Origin: an uncultured Gemmatimonadales bacterium
GTDB lineage: Bacteria; Gemmatimonadota; Gemmatimonadetes; Palauibacterales; Palauibacteraceae
Direction: 5' to 3'
Assembly (NCBI GenBank): GCA_963783385.1
Contig: CAWANJ010000006.1
Span: 416,001-480,000 of the forward strand
DNA length: 64,000 bases
Shown: in pieces, positions 61,428 through 64,000 of the stretch
Numbering within the stretch: the first letter of the stretch is position 1
Layout: each line of letters opens with the position of its first letter
The notes under the pieces: generated by a model
Databases searched by the model: none
What the model was told of the DNA's origin: nothing
The model's input: the letters and a program-made list of their open reading frames with translations, nothing else
Translations under genes and position numbers: made by a program

Positions 61428-64000
61428 TCAGCTCCCCCGGTCCGCCTCCGCGGCCGGAAGGGAGTCGAGCCGGGCCAGGGCGGCGCGGCAGGCACCGAGG
61501 TACTTCTCCTGGGGGGTGCCTTCGCGGTCGGCGAGATCCTCGGCGGCTCCCTCGAGGAGCGGGCGCGCTTCCTCGAGGCGGCCCTGTCCGGCCAGCGCCC
61601 GACCCAGCCGACACTCGGCCACGGCCGTGATCCAGTGGCCGTCCGGCAGCGCCTCGCGCAGGATCCGCGCGGCCTCCCGGGCCGAGCTCTCGGCGCCCGG
61701 GTAGTCGGACCGCCTCAGGCGAATGTCCGCCTGGGTGAGCAGGGGGAAGGCGACGAGCTGGTTCCCCGGCAGGAGCGTCCGGCGGTAGATCTCGCTGGCC
61801 CGACCCAGGAGCTGCTCCGCCTCGTCGTACTTCCCTTCACGCGAGAGGACGGCCGCCAGGTTCTGCATCCCGCTGGCGGTCTCGCGATGATCCTCGCCGA
61901 GCGTTCGCCGGCGGATGTCGAGGACGCGGCGCTGGAGGCTTTCCGCCCCGGCGAGCTCGCCGCGGGAGGCCAGCAGGAGCGCCAGGTTGTTCATGGCGGC
62001 CGTCGTGTTCGGATCCTCCGCGCCCAGACGCCGCTCCAGGATGTCGATGGCACGGCGAAAGTCCGCCTCGGACTCGTCCAGGCGCTGCTCCTGCTCGAGC
62101 TCGCCGGCCTCGGAGACCAGGGCAAAGCCGGTCTGCACGGCGTCCGGACCGAACACCTTCTCGTCGAGCTGCCTCGCTTCCTGGATGGCGGTCCGGGCGG
62201 CGTCCATCTCATCCAGCCCCCGGTAGGTGTCGGACAGGTTGGCCAGGGTGCCGGCCAGGTCTCCCTCCGGTACCGGGTCCGCGGCTCGCTCGAGGGCGAC
62301 GGCGCGCTCCAGGTGGAGCCGAGAGCTGTCCAGCCGTCCGACGTCGTACTGGAAGCGTCCGAGCGACGCGTGGAAGGGCGCCAGCGCGGGGTCGTCCCGG
62401 GGGTGCGCCGAGCGGGCCTTCGCCACCGCCGCGTGGTAGAGGGCGTCGGCGGAGTCGGGCATGCCGCGCCACGCCGCCAGGGCTCCGAGCTGCAGCAGGA
62501 CGCGCCCCAGCAAGTCTGGAGCCTCGCCGGGCGCCGTCCCCAGGGACCGCAGTGCCTCTTCGGCGGTCCGGGTGGACTGGTCGTACTGACCCAGGTCGCT
62601 GAGCGCCTGCGAGATGGCCAGGAGGAGCTCTCCGCGAACGACCGGCCGGTCCGCCAGCTCGGTGCGCAGCCGACGGGCGCCTACGTCCAGGGCCTGGATC
62701 ACCGTGAGGTTGGCTCCGTAGGCGGAGTCGTGAGGCGTGAACGGGTCGGCGCTCCGGAACAGGCCAGCGAGCAGCGACTGGACCTCTTCGGCCCGGGTGG
62801 CCTGGGCCCGCGCCACGTTGCGCTCGCGCTCCAGCGCCCGGGCGTGGTGCGCGAGGGTGTACACGTAGCCGCCCGCCGCGAGGATCACGAGCGCGGCCGT
62901 CGGAGCGAGCCACGGCTTGCGGCCCAGGAGCCGCCGGGCCCGGTAGGCCACGCTGTCGGAGCGTGCCGAGATCGGGAGACCCTCCCGGTAGCGCTCCAGG
63001 TCCTGGAGGAGGGCCTCGGCCGTGGCGTAGCGCCGCTCCGGCTCCTTGCGGATCGCCTTGAGGACGATGAGGTCCAGGTCGCCGGCGAGGCGCCGGGACA
63101 GGCTCCGAGCCTTCGTCCGCCGGTCCCGGGCGCCCTCCTCGGTGACCAGCTCGCTGGGGCGACGCGGTCTGGCCGTGAGGATCGCTTCCTCCATGCGGGC
63201 CGGCGACAGCGCTCTCACCTCGTAGGGGCGGCGGCCGGCCACGACCTCACACAGGAGCAGGCCGAGCTGGTAGACGTCGGAGGCCGTGGTGATCGGCTCC
63301 CCCGACACCTGCTCCGGGCTGGCGTACTCCGGGGTGAGCGGACGGAGGAGCGTGCGGGTGCGGGGGTCGTCCGCGGCCGCGTCCAGGATCTTGGCGATCC
63401 CGAAGTCGAGCAGCTTCACGCGACCGCGGGCCGTGACCATGATGTTGGACGGCTTGAGGTCCCGGTGGACGACCAGGTTGGCGTGGGCGAACTGGACCGC
63501 CCGGCACACGTCCGCGAACAGGTCGAGGCGCTCCTCGAGGCCGGATCGGTCGCTCGTCGCAGTAGCGGGTGATGGGCGTGCCCTCGACCCGCTCGAGCAC
63601 CAGGTAGGGGAGCCCGTCGTCCGTGGTGCCGCCTCCCAGGAAGCGGGCGATGTTGGGGTGGTTGAGCGACGAGAGGATCTGCCGCTCGGCCAGGAAGCGG
63701 CGGATCGTGTCCTCGGTGTCGATGCCGCGGCGGACGACCTTGACGGCCACCCGCTCGTCCCACTGACCGTCCACCCGCTCGGCCGAGTAGACCGTCGCCA
63801 TGCCGCCGCGGCCCAGGCGGTCCACCAGGCGGTAGGGGCCGACGCGCTCCCCGGTCCGATCCGGATACGGATCGGTGGCCTCCTCCGGCCGGGTGGATTC
63901 GAGGATCTCGTCCCAGGGCACGTCGCAGACGTCCTCGGCGGGACGCTCGAGGAAGGAGGAGGCGCTGCGGTGCGCCTCCAGGAGCGCCTCGACCGCCTCG
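61428..64000 (-). CDS. Hanks-type Ser/Thr protein kinase with TM and C-terminal TPR repeats; 5' end outside the window; frameshift near 63545
   Basis: LGRGGMATVY, VAVK and HPNIA, then HRDLKPSN, DFGIAK and TPEYASPE in another frame; TM LAPTAALVILAAGG; kinesin-light-chain-like TPRs. Confidence 0.9.
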   Translation of the reverse strand, partial: RRSRRSWRRTAAPPPSSSVPPRTSATCPGTRSSNPPGRRRPPIRIRIGPGSASAPTAWWTAWAAAAWRRSTRPSGWTVSGTSGWPSRSSAAASTPRTRSAASWPSGRSSRRSTTPTSPASWEAAPRTTGSPTWCSSGSRARPSPATATSDRSGLEERLDLFADVCRAVQFAHANLVVHRDLKPSNIMVTARGRVKLLDFGIAKILDAAADDPRTRTLLRPLTPEYASPEQVSGEPITTASDVYQLGLLLCEVVAGRRPYEVRALSPARMEEAILTARPRRPSELVTEEGARDRRTKARSLSRRLAGDLDLIVLKAIRKEPERRYATAEALLQDLERYREGLPISARSDSVAYRARRLLGRKPWLAPTAALVILAAGGYVYTLAHHARALERERNVARAQATRAEEVQSLLAGLFRSADPFTPHDSAYGANLTVIQALDVGARRLRTELADRPVVRGELLLAISQALSDLGQYDQSTRTAEEALRSLGTAPGEAPDLLGRVLLQLGALAAWRGMPDSADALYHAAVAKARSAHPRDDPALAPFHASLGRFQYDVGRLDSSRLHLERAVALERAADPVPEGDLAGTLANLSDTYRGLDEMDAARTAIQEARQLDEKVFGPDAVQTGFALVSEAGELEQEQRLDESEADFRRAIDILERRLGAEDPNTTAAMNNLALLLASRGELAGAESLQRRVLDIRRRTLGEDHRETASGMQNLAAVLSREGKYDEAEQLLGRASEIYRRTLLPGNQLVAFPLLTQADIRLRRSDYPGAESSAREAARILREALPDGHWITAVAECRLGRALAGQGRLEEARPLLEGAAEDLADREGTPQEKYLGACRAALARLDSLPAAEADRGS

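Noticed and set aside
59614-61614. Single 666-aa protein as in the ORF track
   Set aside because: Composite of intergenic sequence, a frameshifted lipoprotein (61257) and a separate membrane protein starting at 60759.

Overview
GC-rich (~70%) bacterial chromosome segment. The gene repertoire suggests Gemmatimonadota (inference only). No rRNA, tRNA, CRISPR array, transposase or integrase was recognised. Housekeeping and metabolic genes include a fused LeuD/LeuC-type aconitase-family dehydratase, M1/M20/M23 peptidases, a Glu/Leu dehydrogenase, menG/ubiE, trpE, carB and two ABC transporters. Four regions stand out. (1) 26.7-34.3 kb is a signalling locus with a locally low-GC core. It holds a 21-codon ORF missed by the ORF track (31493-31558, MLAWAMALF-TGKILW-TGKILW) with a perfect Shine-Dalgarno and synonymous-only differences between its repeats. 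This ORF sits directly upstream of a membrane-bound HD-GYP phosphodiesterase, downstream of a hydrogenase-like-domain diguanylate cyclase, and converges on a BTAD-AAA-TPR regulator. It is a candidate undescribed peptide-signal/c-di-GMP system. (2) 8.3-12.6 kb is an spt-cerS-cerR-like ceramide operon extended by an IPC-synthase-like PAP2 gene. (3) 16.5-19.0 kb has luxE/luxC-like genes without luxAB. (4) 50.9-64 kb is a Ser/Thr-kinase-headed run of secreted and lipoprotein genes, containing an unnamed domain in two full copies plus an orphan tail, and a (VPGDQF)n repeat. At least seven genes carry apparent single-base frameshifts, most likely assembly indels.
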